A stretch of 64,000 nt of DNA from NCBI GenBank assembly GCA_050294405.1, contig JBNKOC010000012.1, forward strand, positions 608,001-672,000. The letters run 5' to 3'. Shown in pieces: positions 21,042 through 32,980 of the stretch. This DNA is from Fibrobacteria bacterium. GTDB taxonomy: Bacteria > Fibrobacterota > Fibrobacteria > UBA11236 > JADFYW01. A program made the translations under genes and the position numbers. The notes under the pieces were generated by a model, which did no database searches, had not been told where the DNA came from, and worked only from the letters and a program-made list of their open reading frames with translations. Position 1 is the stretch's first letter; each line of letters opens with the position of its first letter.

Positions 21042-22373
21042 TTATTGAAATCTACCCATCATCTGCTTCATCTTACGCATATTGCCGCCAGCCCCGGTGA
21101 GCTTCTTGATCATTTTTCTCATTTGATCAAACTGCTTTAAAACCTGGTTTACCTGTTGGATGGACGTTCCCGAGCCCGTAGCAATACGCTTTCTGCGGTT
21201 GCCGTCTATTATTTTGGGATGTGCTCTTTCGTATTTAGTCATGGAGCTTAAAATAGCCTCCACATACACCAACTGCTTTTCATCCACCTTGGCGTCTTTC
21301 ATTTTAGAGAAGCCGGGAATCATGCCCATAATATCCGAGATAGAGCCCATTTTTTTTATTTGTCGGAGCTGGCCTAAAAAATCATCGAGGTCAAATTTGT
21401 TCTGGAGAAGTTTCTTCTCCATTTTTTTGGCTTCTTTGGCGTCGATAACTTCCTGGGCTTTTTCCACCAGGGACACCACATCGCCCATGCCCAAAATACG
21501 TGAGGCGATACGTTCGGGATGGAAAACTTCAAGGGCGTCAGGTTTTTCTCCCACACCCATGTATATGATGGGTTTTCCGGTTACGGATTTTACGCTTAAG
21601 GCGGCGCCGCCGCGGGTATCGCCATCGAGCTTTGACAATACCACGCCAGATATGTTAAGACGTTGGTTAAATTCATCCGCAACATTAACCGCATCCTGAC
21701 CGGTCATGGCGTCCGCCACAAAATATTTATGAGGAGGCTTTAATTTTTTATCCAGGTTCTCCAGCTCTTTCATGAGCTCATCGTCAATTTGCAAACGGCC
21801 AGCGGTATCAAAAATAACAGCGTCGTGTCCATCGGCTTTGGCTTTATCCAGGGCATTGGCGGCTATTTTTAATGGGTCACCCTGGCCTTCTTCGTAGTAT
21901 GGAATACCTAAAGATTTGGCGATGCTCACTAATTGGTTTACCGCAGCCGGACGATATACATCGCAAGCCACCAACAAGGGGTTTTTGCCTTTTTTGTTGC
22001 GAAGGTGAAGTGCCAACTTTCCGCAAAAAGTGGTTTTACCTGAACCCTGAAGCCCCATCACCAATATTTTTTCTGGTGGGGAACCATTGTATGCAGGTTC
22101 GCTGGAACCTTCGCCTAAAAGATTGGTAAGTTCATCGTGGGTGATTTTAACTAACATCTGCCCGGGGCTAACAGAGCTCAATACATCTGCACCCAGAGCT
22201 TTTTCTTTTACCGCATCAATAAATTTTTTGGTGGTTTTGTAATTCACGTCGGCGGCCAAAAAGGCCACCCGGATTTCACGTAGGGATTCTTTAATGTTTT
22301 CTTCAGTAATTTTTCCCTGGCCGCGCAGTTTTTTAAAGGCGGATTCCAGTTTGTCGGAGAGTTGTTCTAGCAT
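21042..22373 (-). CDS. ffh: Signal recognition particle protein
   Basis: GLQGSGKTT, DTAGRLQID, KLDGDTRGGAALS, Met-rich M domain. Confidence 0.98.
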   Translation of the reverse strand: MLEQLSDKLESAFKKLRGQGKITEENIKESLREIRVAFLAADVNYKTTKKFIDAVKEKALGADVLSSVSPGQMLVKITHDELTNLLGEGSSEPAYNGSPPEKILVMGLQGSGKTTFCGKLALHLRNKKGKNPLLVACDVYRPAAVNQLVSIAKSLGIPYYEEGQGDPLKIAANALDKAKADGHDAVIFDTAGRLQIDDELMKELENLDKKLKPPHKYFVADAMTGQDAVNVADEFNQRLNISGVVLSKLDGDTRGGAALSVKSVTGKPIIYMGVGEKPDALEVFHPERIASRILGMGDVVSLVEKAQEVIDAKEAKKMEKKLLQNKFDLDDFLGQLRQIKKMGSISDIMGMIPGFSKMKDAKVDEKQLVYVEAILSSMTKYERAHPKIIDGNRRKRIATGSGTSIQQVNQVLKQFDQMRKMIKKLTGAGGNMRKMKQMMGRFQ

Positions 22374-22586
22374 TTAATACTCAGGTTAAAGGGTATTTAA
22401 AGAATGGTAAAATAAAAAAACTTGGAGGGAGCCCAAAATTGCAGAAAAGCTTAATTAAAAGGAATTGCTCAAGGTTTTCTATAGCTAAGGGAAATTTGGA
22501 GGGCAGGTGGATGAAATCAGCTCCACAATGGCCAGGGTTAGCTATATTTTAGGGCTTAATGGAATAATGCTGTAATTTGGTCCATA

Positions 22587-24014
22587 ATGCATCAAAATTC
22601 TTTTGACATGAAATCCCAGCTTGAGTTTGCCAGGTTATCCGGTGATTTTAACCCCATACATATAAATCAAATTTATTCCCGTCGAAGCTTATTTGGGCAG
22701 ACTTTAGTGCACGGCCTTCATTTGGTTTTGTGGGGTATAGACCAATTTTGCGCAAAAAAACGCCAAGCTTTTTATTTAAAAAAAATAAGAGTTCATTTTT
22801 TATTTCCTGTTGGGCTTGGGGCAGATTTAACCTTGGATATTTCAGAAGAAAGGCCTGGAGAAGCTCTGCTCACCATAAGTTCTGGCGGCAGCAAATCCGT
22901 AAAAATTTCTTTTGCCTATGAAAACAAACAGGACAACCTCTGTGTGGGAGGAAATGTATGTTGGGATTGCGAACCCAATAATCCTTCCTGGGAAGAGTTG
23001 GAAGTTTTTAAAGGCAGTATTCCATTAAAACTGGACAGATGGCTGGCTAAAAAAAAATTCCCCCATTTTTTTCACTGGGGCTCCTTATTGCAAATGTCTG
23101 CATTATGTGCTTCTACCAGAATTGTGGGAATGTTTTGTCCCGGTCTTGACTCCATCTATTCGGCCTTTTCTATTCAGTTTGATGGCCCTCAATCCAATCT
23201 GGAAGATAAGGAAAAAAGCCTGATTTACTTTAAAACCGAAAAATTGAAAAAAAATTTAAAACAATTGGAGATTTCGGTTCAGGGTCCTGGATTTGAGGGA
23301 AGCATTAAAGCCTACAAAAGGCCTGGAGCGGTAGAGCAGCCAGCCCTAAAAGACTTGCAGGCCATTCTTCCTGAAAATTCTTTAGTTGGAAAAAATATTG
23401 TGATAATTGGTGGCACTCGGGGAGTGGGGGAGGTATTGGCAAAATTACTGGGGATGGCTGGGGCCAATATTTTCTGTAGTTATCATATGGGTGAATCTGA
23501 AGCTCGAAAATTAGATCAGGAGTTTTCAGAGGAAAATTTAAAAATCCAATTTTTTAAGTTTGATTGCCGAAACAGCGACCATGTAAAAAATCTTAAAAAT
23601 CGAGTAAAATCAAACCAGCCGCATATGCTGTTTTTTTGTGCCACGCCATTTATTGAAGCCACTAAAGCTTCTGTATTTTCTAAGAAGCTTTATAAAAAAT
23701 TTTGCTCCTATTACATAAAAGCCTTTTACGGGTTGTTTAAAGAGCTGAATAATCCCGATCTTGAACTGGTTTGGACACCTTCCACAGTCTATGCGGACCC
23801 AATTCCAGCCAATTTACTGGAATACGGTAAATCCAAGCAGGTTTTGGAAAAAACGGTTTCTATTTTGTCTCAACGTCACTCCAATATCAGCTGGGAATGT
23901 CCCCGGCTTCCCAGAATGGCCACAGACCAAACCCTGACTTTGCTTGGGGGCGGGCTTCCCATGCCACACGAATATTTCCTGGAATATTTTAAGGAATTTA
24001 AAATTGCGCTTTGA
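22587..24014 (+). CDS. MaoC-type hot-dog dehydratase fused to an SDR-like Rossmann domain
   Basis: FARLSGDFNPIH...VHG at the N-terminus, CPGL.S.Y in the middle, IIGGTRGVG in the C-terminal half. Confidence 0.78.
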   Translation: MHQNSFDMKSQLEFARLSGDFNPIHINQIYSRRSLFGQTLVHGLHLVLWGIDQFCAKKRQAFYLKKIRVHFLFPVGLGADLTLDISEERPGEALLTISSGGSKSVKISFAYENKQDNLCVGGNVCWDCEPNNPSWEELEVFKGSIPLKLDRWLAKKKFPHFFHWGSLLQMSALCASTRIVGMFCPGLDSIYSAFSIQFDGPQSNLEDKEKSLIYFKTEKLKKNLKQLEISVQGPGFEGSIKAYKRPGAVEQPALKDLQAILPENSLVGKNIVIIGGTRGVGEVLAKLLGMAGANIFCSYHMGESEARKLDQEFSEENLKIQFFKFDCRNSDHVKNLKNRVKSNQPHMLFFCATPFIEATKASVFSKKLYKKFCSYYIKAFYGLFKELNNPDLELVWTPSTVYADPIPANLLEYGKSKQVLEKTVSILSQRHSNISWECPRLPRMATDQTLTLLGGGLPMPHEYFLEYFKEFKIAL

Positions 24015-24088
24015 ACCAAATCCTCTGTAATTTTTCTTTTGCCAATTTTTTTTTAAATTTCCACGGAAAATTTGAAAAGGAATAAATA

Positions 24089-25084
24089 ATGGCAAAAGTA
24101 TATACCACAAAAGATGGTTCTCTGGCTCCTTTAAAAGGCAAGACCATCGCAATTATTGGCTATGGTTCCCAAGGGCACGCCCAGGCTCAAAACTTAAGAG
24201 ATAGTGGCATCAATGTCATTATTGGGCAGAGAAAGGGTTCGGCCAATTACGATTTAGCGAAGAAACATGGCTTCAAACCTATGGATGCTTCAGAAGCGGC
24301 TAAAAAAGCGGACATCATTCAAATTTTGCTTCCTGATGAAGTTCAACCAAAAGTATATAAATCCGATATTGAACCTTACTTGACCAAAGGCAAAGCCTTG
24401 GTTTTCTCCCACGGGTTTAACATACATTTTGGCATGATTGTACCTCCCAAAGATGTGGATGTATATATGGTTGCTCCTAAGAGCCCAGGCCATTTGGTTC
24501 GTTCCGAGTTTGAAAAAGGCGGCGGTGTTCCATGTTTGTTTGCCGTTCACCAAGACGCCAGCAAAAAAGCTAAAAAGTTGGCTTTGGCCCACACCATGGG
24601 CGTTGGCGGTTTAAAGGCTGGCGCCTTCCAAACCACTTTAAAAGATGAAACCGAAACAGATCTTTTCGGAGAACAGGTCGTATTGTGCGGTGGCTTATCC
24701 AAATTGATTCAATCCGGTTTTGAAACATTAACAGAAGCGGGCTATCCCGATGTTCTTGCTTACTTCGAATGTATGCATGAGGTGAAACTCATTGTTGATC
24801 TTATGTACGAAGGCGGAATAACCTGGATGCGGCACTCCATTTCCAATACCGCTGAATACGGTGATTTAACACGTGGCCCTCGCGTGATAACATCCAAAAC
24901 CAAAGCGGAAATGAAAAAGATTCTGAAAGAAATCCAAACTGGCAAATTTGCCAAAGAATTTGTTAAAGAATTGAACAGCGGTGGCAAAAAGTTTCGCGCT
25001 ATGGAAAAAGCCGGCCAAAATCACCCCATTGAAAAAGTGGGCAAAAAGCTGCGCAAAAACATGAAATGGATTGATGCGAAATAG
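24089..25084 (+). CDS. ilvC: Ketol-acid reductoisomerase
   Basis: [33 protein letters not shown]. Confidence 0.98.
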   Translation: MAKVYTTKDGSLAPLKGKTIAIIGYGSQGHAQAQNLRDSGINVIIGQRKGSANYDLAKKHGFKPMDASEAAKKADIIQILLPDEVQPKVYKSDIEPYLTKGKALVFSHGFNIHFGMIVPPKDVDVYMVAPKSPGHLVRSEFEKGGGVPCLFAVHQDASKKAKKLALAHTMGVGGLKAGAFQTTLKDETETDLFGEQVVLCGGLSKLIQSGFETLTEAGYPDVLAYFECMHEVKLIVDLMYEGGITWMRHSISNTAEYGDLTRGPRVITSKTKAEMKKILKEIQTGKFAKEFVKELNSGGKKFRAMEKAGQNHPIEKVGKKLRKNMKWIDAK

Positions 25085-25111
25085 CATTTAAGGAGGCTCC
25101 CGCTAGGGCCC

Positions 25112-26771
<1,660 letters not shown>

Positions 26772-26773
26772 TT

Positions 26774-27787
26774 ATGGAGCTGGATTGGAAAAGCCTGGGC
26801 TTTCAATATTTGCCAACAAATGGCTACGTGGAATCCAATTATGAAAATGGCAGTTGGTCTGCGCCTAAATTTGTGGCCAGCCAAACCATGGAAATGCATG
26901 TGGCTGCCAATGTGTTGCATTATGGGCAAGCATGTTTTGAAGGGTTAAAGGCCTTCGCTCACAAGTCGGGCAAAACTTTTATCTTCCGCCCAGATAAAAA
27001 CTGGGAAAGGCTCACTCGTTCTGCCCAGCGCATATGTATGGTATCCCCTCCAGAAGAGCTTTTTTTGGAATCCTGTAAAATTTGTATTGAAAACAATCAG
27101 GAATACATTCCTCCCTATGGCACAGGGGCCAGCTTGTACCTGCGCCCTCTGTTAATCGGGACTCAGCCCACCATTGGCTTAAACCCTTCCAACAGCTACA
27201 AATTTTTAATGATGGTAACTCCCGTTGGCCCTTATTATAAAACGGGCTTTTTGCCGGTTAAATCTTTGATTATTGAAGATTTTGACAGGGCTGCTCCCGG
27301 TGGAACGGGCCAGGCTAAAGTTGCGGGAAATTATGCCGCAGGTTTGCTGCCGGGTATCCATGCCCGTGACAAAGGTTATCCCATAGCTCTTTTTACCGAT
27401 GCCAAGGAACACAAATATATCGATGAATTCGGCACCTCCAATTTTGTAGGACTCACTTCCGACAAAAAGTACATTACGCCGGATTCCCCCTCAATCTTAA
27501 AGAGCATTACCAATTTGACCCTTCAGGAAATCGCCGTGGACGAGGGTTTCAGCATAGAAAACAGGCCTATCGCCATTGAGGAACTGGACCAATTTGAAGA
27601 AGTGGGTGCCTGTGGAACCGCAGCCATTATTACCCCCATATACAGCATTCGTCGTGGCGATAAGGAATGGACTTTTGGCAAACCAGACCAGGCAGGAAAA
27701 TACTTAAGCCTTCTGTATGAAAAATTACAAGGTATCCAATACGGGGAAATTCCCGATAGCAAAGGCTGGCTTTTCCCAGCAATTTGA
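26774..27787 (+). CDS. ilvE: Branched-chain amino acid aminotransferase
   Basis: LHYGQ.CFEGLKA, LYLRP, AKVAGNYA, CGTAA.ITP. Confidence 0.95.
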   Translation: MELDWKSLGFQYLPTNGYVESNYENGSWSAPKFVASQTMEMHVAANVLHYGQACFEGLKAFAHKSGKTFIFRPDKNWERLTRSAQRICMVSPPEELFLESCKICIENNQEYIPPYGTGASLYLRPLLIGTQPTIGLNPSNSYKFLMMVTPVGPYYKTGFLPVKSLIIEDFDRAAPGGTGQAKVAGNYAAGLLPGIHARDKGYPIALFTDAKEHKYIDEFGTSNFVGLTSDKKYITPDSPSILKSITNLTLQEIAVDEGFSIENRPIAIEELDQFEEVGACGTAAIITPIYSIRRGDKEWTFGKPDQAGKYLSLLYEKLQGIQYGEIPDSKGWLFPAI

Positions 27788-27836
27788 GTTTTTCCGGGAT
27801 TCCAGTTAGTTTTAATCCCACTAAGGGAAAATTATC

Positions 27837-29471
27837 ATGGCTCCAAAAATAAAAATCTACGACACCACCTTAAGGGATGGTAACCAGGCTAAAGGTCTTA
27901 ATTTATCGCTGGAAGATAAACTCAGCATTGCGAAATTATTGGATGATTTTGGAATGGATTACATTGAAGGAGGCTGGCCCAATGCCACCAATCCTCTGGA
28001 TATGGAATTCTTTGAACGTGCCCATAACATGGAATGGAAAAATGCCAAAATTTCCGCTTTTGGTATGACCCGGCGTCCCAATCGCTCGGCTTCTAAAGAT
28101 CCTTTTTTAGGTTTTCTTGTGGAGAGTAAAGCCCCCGTACTTACCATTTTTGGGAAATCCTGGGATTTACATGTTGAAAAGATTTTGAAGTGTAGTTTGG
28201 AAGAAAATTTAATGATGATTGAGGATTCTATTGCATACCTCAAAGAAAATGCGGAAGAAGTTTTTTACGACGCCGAGCATTTTTTTGATGGATACCTTAA
28301 CAATCCCGAATACGCGCTTAAAACATTAGAAGCCGCTAAAAAAGGTGGAGCCGACTGCATAGTATTGTGCGATACGAATGGGGGTATGGGGCTTTCCTGG
28401 GAAGTGGAAAAAATTGTTAGCAAAGTTAAAAAAGAATTAAAATGCCCCATTGGCATACATACCCATAACGATACAGGAGCTGCAGTTTCCAATTCTTTAG
28501 CCGCCGTTAAAGGCGGTGCTGAACAGGTGCAGGGCACCATTAACGGTTATGGAGAACGCTGCGGAAACGCGAATCTCACTACTATAATCCCCAGTTTGCA
28601 ATTAAAATTGGGCAAGGATATTGTGCCTCCTGAAAAGCTAAAAGGGCTAAAATCTCTTTCTTTAAGTGTTAGTGAAATTGCCAATCTGGCTGAAGACATC
28701 CGCCAACCCTATGTTGGTGAAGCTGCTTTTTCCCATAAAGGGGGAGCCCATATCGATGGAGTAATTAAGGTAACCCGCAGTTTTGAACATATTGAGCCCG
28801 AATCTGTAGGCAATAAAAGGGATTTTATTGTTTCCAACCAAAGCGGCAGCGGCTTGGTTTTAGACAAGATCAAAAAGATAAAGCCCGAGGCTACTAAAAA
28901 AGATCCTGAAGTAATGGAAATATTAGAGACGCTTAAAAAAATGGAAGAAGATGGCTACCATTTTGAAGTGGCTGATGGCAGTTTTCAATTGCTGGCCCGT
29001 CAGAAATTCGGGATGATTGAAAATAAATTCAAAGTTAAATCTTACCGTGTTATTGAGGAACATCGGGAATCGGGTTCCATATATTCAGAAGCCACAGTGA
29101 AACTGAATGTAGGTCGCAAGACCGCCTATACAGTGGCTGAAGGCTCAGGCCCGGTGGATGCAATGGCTGAGGCTTTAAGAAAGGGTTTAACTCCATTTTT
29201 CCCAAGCCTGGAAAGCCTGGAACTGGAAGATTTTAAAGTCAGAGTTTTGGAAAGTGGCAATGGCACAGCAGCTAAGGTTCGGGTATGGATTCGTTTTCGG
29301 GATACTGCCCATAATGATAACACTGGCTGGGGAACTATTGGCGTCTCTGAAAATATTATTGAGGCCTCTTGGAAAGCCTTATTAGATGGGATTAATTACA
29401 AACTTTTAATTTTGGACCCAAGCTTAGAGGAAGATAAACTTCTGGATGCTCCTGTCTATGCCAAAGCTTAA
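27837..29471 (+). CDS. cimA: Citramalate synthase (LeuA/CimA family)
   Basis: YDTTLRDG.Q, YIEGGWP, FGKSW..HV, DAEHFFDGY, HKGG.H and the C-terminal regulatory domain typical of bacterial CimA. Confidence 0.9.
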   Translation: MAPKIKIYDTTLRDGNQAKGLNLSLEDKLSIAKLLDDFGMDYIEGGWPNATNPLDMEFFERAHNMEWKNAKISAFGMTRRPNRSASKDPFLGFLVESKAPVLTIFGKSWDLHVEKILKCSLEENLMMIEDSIAYLKENAEEVFYDAEHFFDGYLNNPEYALKTLEAAKKGGADCIVLCDTNGGMGLSWEVEKIVSKVKKELKCPIGIHTHNDTGAAVSNSLAAVKGGAEQVQGTINGYGERCGNANLTTIIPSLQLKLGKDIVPPEKLKGLKSLSLSVSEIANLAEDIRQPYVGEAAFSHKGGAHIDGVIKVTRSFEHIEPESVGNKRDFIVSNQSGSGLVLDKIKKIKPEATKKDPEVMEILETLKKMEEDGYHFEVADGSFQLLARQKFGMIENKFKVKSYRVIEEHRESGSIYSEATVKLNVGRKTAYTVAEGSGPVDAMAEALRKGLTPFFPSLESLELEDFKVRVLESGNGTAAKVRVWIRFRDTAHNDNTGWGTIGVSENIIEASWKALLDGINYKLLILDPSLEEDKLLDAPVYAKA

Positions 29472-30753
29472 CCCCGAACTGATAAGCATTACAACTGTAA
29501 AAAAGTTAAACCACCCGGAAGTGCAAAAAATTACAGGCCGGGGTTTAACTGCGTCGCCTAAAATTGAACAGGCTGTAAAAAAAATATTAGTGGATATTCA
29601 AAAAAACGGCCACGCGGCTGTTTTAAAATACGCAAAAAATTTTGATGGCCTAAAAGGAAACCTTAGGCTTTCCAAAGCGAAAATTGCAGCTCAGGCTGGA
29701 AAATGTCCGGGGGATGTTCAAAAGGCTATTAAAACATCCATAAAAAATGTGCGGGCCTTTCACAAAAAACAGCAAGAGCAAAGCTGGGCCTTTAAAGATG
29801 TGTATGGAAATATTTTGGGACAGCGCATACATCCACTCAGCCGTGTGGGCTTATATGTTCCTGGAGGAGCTGGGGTGTACCCTTCTTCGGTAATCATGAA
29901 CGCGGTACCGGCCCAGGTGGCCGGAGTGGCTGAAATTGTAGCAGTTACCCCTGTTAAAGGCCAATTACATCCAGCGGTAGCCTTTGCTCTTTTTCAATTA
30001 GGCATAGAAGAGGTCTATCAAATTGGCGGAGCCCAGGCAGTGGGTATGTTAGCTTTTGGAAGCTCCAAAGTGAAGGCCGTGGATAAAATTGTAGGCCCCG
30101 GAAACAGCTATGTTGCTTATGCCAAAAAAGAGGTGTTTGGCTATGTGGATATAGACATGGTAGCTGGTCCCTCGGAAATTTTAATCTTGGCCGACGATAG
30201 CGCCGATCCCGATTGGGTGGCTGCGGATTTACTCTCCCAGGCTGAGCACGGCAGCGGGGATGAGGCGGCTATTTTAATCACCACTTCAAAAAATTTTGCT
30301 TTAATGGTTCGGGAGTGTTTGGCCCAACAGGTGGAAAATTCCCCTAAGTCCTCGATTCTCAAAAAAAGCCTCCATAAATTCGGAAAAATTTTTGTGGTTC
30401 CCGACTTGAAATTCGGCTGCGAGCTTGCCAATACAGTTGCTCCCGAACACATGGAGCTTATGGTGCGTCAATCTCAAAAGTGGGTCCCCTTGCTTAAAAA
30501 TATTGGGGCACTTTTTGAAGGCCCATACTCCTCCGAGCCCATTGGCGATTACATTGCAGGGCCCAACCATGTATTGCCCACCAGCGGTTCTGCGCGTTTT
30601 TACTCACCTTTGGGGGTGTATGATTTTTACAAGCGCTCCAGCTACATCCGCTATTCTCAGGCGGGGTTTAAAAAGGTGGCTCGACAGGTTGTAGATTTAG
30701 CAGAAGCGGAAGGGTTTATCCACCATGCCGATGCTGTAAAGCGGCGCATGTGA
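29458..30753 (+). CDS. hisD: Histidinol dehydrogenase
   Basis: GLYVPGG, KIVGPGN, DM.AGPSE, DLLSQAEH, APEH, GDY.AGPNHVLPT. Confidence 0.97.
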   Translation: MPKLNPELISITTVKKLNHPEVQKITGRGLTASPKIEQAVKKILVDIQKNGHAAVLKYAKNFDGLKGNLRLSKAKIAAQAGKCPGDVQKAIKTSIKNVRAFHKKQQEQSWAFKDVYGNILGQRIHPLSRVGLYVPGGAGVYPSSVIMNAVPAQVAGVAEIVAVTPVKGQLHPAVAFALFQLGIEEVYQIGGAQAVGMLAFGSSKVKAVDKIVGPGNSYVAYAKKEVFGYVDIDMVAGPSEILILADDSADPDWVAADLLSQAEHGSGDEAAILITTSKNFALMVRECLAQQVENSPKSSILKKSLHKFGKIFVVPDLKFGCELANTVAPEHMELMVRQSQKWVPLLKNIGALFEGPYSSEPIGDYIAGPNHVLPTSGSARFYSPLGVYDFYKRSSYIRYSQAGFKKVARQVVDLAEAEGFIHHADAVKRRM

Positions 30754-30874
30754 TTTTTTTTATCTTCCTGTAAGAATTTAGGCCCTTTCTTTTAAAAAAA
30801 TCATCTAAATCCAATAAAAATCATTTGAATTCTTGAAAGCTGGAATCATTTGATGTAATTTTCAGGCCGATTTT

Positions 30875-30949
30875 CGGGGCGTAGCTCAGTCTGGCTAGAG
30901 CACCACGTTTGGGTCGTGGGGGTCGTTGGTTCGAATCCAGTCGCCCCGA
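30875..30949 (+). tRNA. tRNA-Pro(TGG)
   Basis: Cloverleaf: CGGGGCG/CGCCCCG acceptor stem, CCACG-TTTGGGT-CGTGG anticodon arm, GGTTCGAATCC; no encoded CCA. Confidence 0.95.
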
Positions 30950-31355
30950 TATTTCCCTTACTCAGGCCGTTCTTTTAAAAATTTGCCTGTATTGTTCTCG
31001 TCGCAGTGAAGAACCACAGTTCCTCGAACGGCTTTGATAAATTTTCCGATCCAGCCCTTAAAAGAAAAAGTTAAAAGTTTGATTATATTCGAACCAACGG
31101 GGGGAAGTATGGTTCGACAAAAATCCAGGAAGGATTTTTGCGATTGGTTCGCAGAACCAACCCGTAGGGCAAGGAACAGGAAGTTCCGCAGTCCATCCAG
31201 TCGCCCCGATTTTTCGCTTCCTTATACTCTTCCTTTTGTGATTTGCCTGTATTGTTTTCGTCGCAGTGGAAAACCACAGTTCCACATGCGGCTTAGGTAA
31301 ATTGCCCGATTTGGTTCTTGATAGAGGAAGTTAAAAGTTTGATAATATTCAAACC
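30935..31355 (+). repeat. tRNA-linked direct repeat, 260-bp period
   Basis: ATCCAGTCGCCCCGAT at 30935 and 31195; the downstream ~160 nt (30935-31095 vs 31195-31355) are similar; a third degenerate GCCCCGATATTT at 31475. Confidence 0.85.
31111..31209 (+). ncRNA. RtT-like structured tRNA-linked element
   Basis: GGTTCGA, then four hairpins including CCCGTAGGG, then ATCC plus a duplicated tRNA 3' end; same architecture as the E. coli tyrT repeat. Confidence 0.65.
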
Positions 31356-31618
31356 TATTGTGCAAAATTCTTTTGACAAAAATTCCAAAAATTTTGGCTG
31401 TATGATTTTTAAAAAGCAATTCTCGTTTTCCCTCAAAATGGGGCAACTTTTATTGACCCTCATGGATAACGATTGCCCCGATATTTAAATTTAATTTGCC
31501 ACTGGCCTACCATTTCTAAAAAAGCTTTTTACATTTGGATAAATCATAAAAAACGGTCAGATACAACTGATTTTTTGTACAAAACCTAAGTGATGTTGTG
31601 ATTTAACCCCAAGGCAAA

Positions 31619-32977
31619 ATGACTCTATTTAAAATTAAAAAGGGAAGGAATTTGCCAATACAAGGCAAGCCTGAGCTCTTTGTAGAAACCGCCAAGCCTT
31701 CCGAAAAATTCGCCATACTTCCCACGGATTTTGAGGGCGTAAAATTTAAGGTGGAAACCCAGGAAGGTGCGATTGTTAAAGTTGGCAGTCCCCTTCTTTC
31801 AAACCGGGCCAATCCCGATATGTATTTTACAGCGCCTGCAGGCGGTAAGGTATTGGAAATCAAAAGGGGAAAGCAGCGCAAACTTTTAGAAGTGATTATC
31901 GAAAAAAGCGATAATGAAGAGTTTGAAGAATTTAAAAGTTTTTCAGCTGCGGATTTAAAAGCAGCAAGCGCAGACGATATCCAAAAAGAGTTGTTGCGCT
32001 CTGGCCTTTGGATGTATATGATCCAACGGCCCTTTTCCAGAATCGCAACGGCTAGTGCAAAGCCTAAATCCATTTTTATCAACGCTATGGATACAGAGCC
32101 AAACTGCGCCGACAAGCAATTTTTGTTGCAAGGAAAAGAAAATTTCTTTCAGCTTGGTATCGAGGCCCTGCACAAATTTACAGAAGGAAAAGTTTTCCTA
32201 TGTTACGATGGCCTTTCTGAAAATATTTCCGACGCTGTTAAAAACGCCCAGGGCGTCGAAATACATCAGTTCTCAGGTGCCCATCCTGCAGGCAATGTCG
32301 GTACCCACATCAGCAAACTCGATCCCATTTCCAAAGGAGATGTGGTGTGGCATATTAATGCGGATCACTTGGCCATTTGGGGCGAGTTTTTTTCCACCGG
32401 AAAATTGCCTGTGGAGCGCACAGTTGCTCTGGGTGGTAGCCAGGTTGCAAAACCTCAATACTTTAAAACCCGCTTAGGCGCACCTCTTTCTTCAATTTTA
32501 GAAGGAAATTTATCCGAAGGAGAAAACCGCATTTTGAATGGTGGCGTTTTCACAGGAAAGAGAGCCGAAGCCGATAGTTTTGTGGGCTACTACAATGCGA
32601 CAGTAACTGTTCTTCCCGAAGGTCAGGGAAAAGAGTTTATTGGCTGGATGAAGCCAGGAGCAGACAAACCCAGCTTTACCCGGCTTTTTGCCTCTGCCTT
32701 ATTTCCCAACAAAAAATTTAAAATGGATACCAAAATCAACGGAGAGCCCCGCGCCATTGTTGCCACTCATATTTACGATCCTTTGGTGGCTTTGGATGTG
32801 CATACGGTATTTTTGGTTAAGGCCTGCCTTGCCAAAGATGTGGAACGCATGGAAGAGCTTGGCCTTTTAGAATGTGCTCCCGAAGATTTTTCACTTTGTA
32901 CCTACGCCTGTGTGTCCAAGCTGGATGTAAATCAAGTTATCAAGCAAGGTTTAGAACTGCTGGAACGGGAAGGTTGA
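31619..32977 (+). CDS. nqrA: Na+-translocating NADH:quinone reductase subunit A
   Basis: IKKG.NLPI.G.P, G.HPAGNVG, LLEC.PEDF.LC.Y.C.SK. Confidence 0.95.
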   Translation: MTLFKIKKGRNLPIQGKPELFVETAKPSEKFAILPTDFEGVKFKVETQEGAIVKVGSPLLSNRANPDMYFTAPAGGKVLEIKRGKQRKLLEVIIEKSDNEEFEEFKSFSAADLKAASADDIQKELLRSGLWMYMIQRPFSRIATASAKPKSIFINAMDTEPNCADKQFLLQGKENFFQLGIEALHKFTEGKVFLCYDGLSENISDAVKNAQGVEIHQFSGAHPAGNVGTHISKLDPISKGDVVWHINADHLAIWGEFFSTGKLPVERTVALGGSQVAKPQYFKTRLGAPLSSILEGNLSEGENRILNGGVFTGKRAEADSFVGYYNATVTVLPEGQGKEFIGWMKPGADKPSFTRLFASALFPNKKFKMDTKINGEPRAIVATHIYDPLVALDVHTVFLVKACLAKDVERMEELGLLECAPEDFSLCTYACVSKLDVNQVIKQGLELLEREG

Positions 32978-32980
32978 TTT

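Noticed and set aside
31034..31446. Several short ORFs downstream of tRNA-Pro
   Set aside because: They lie across the structured repeat, overlap one another on both strands and show no protein motifs.
30935..31500. tRNA 3'-end duplication as attL/attR of an integrated element, or as a CRISPR array
   Set aside because: Only 260 bp separate the copies, the intervening sequences are themselves similar, and there is no integrase or cas gene.
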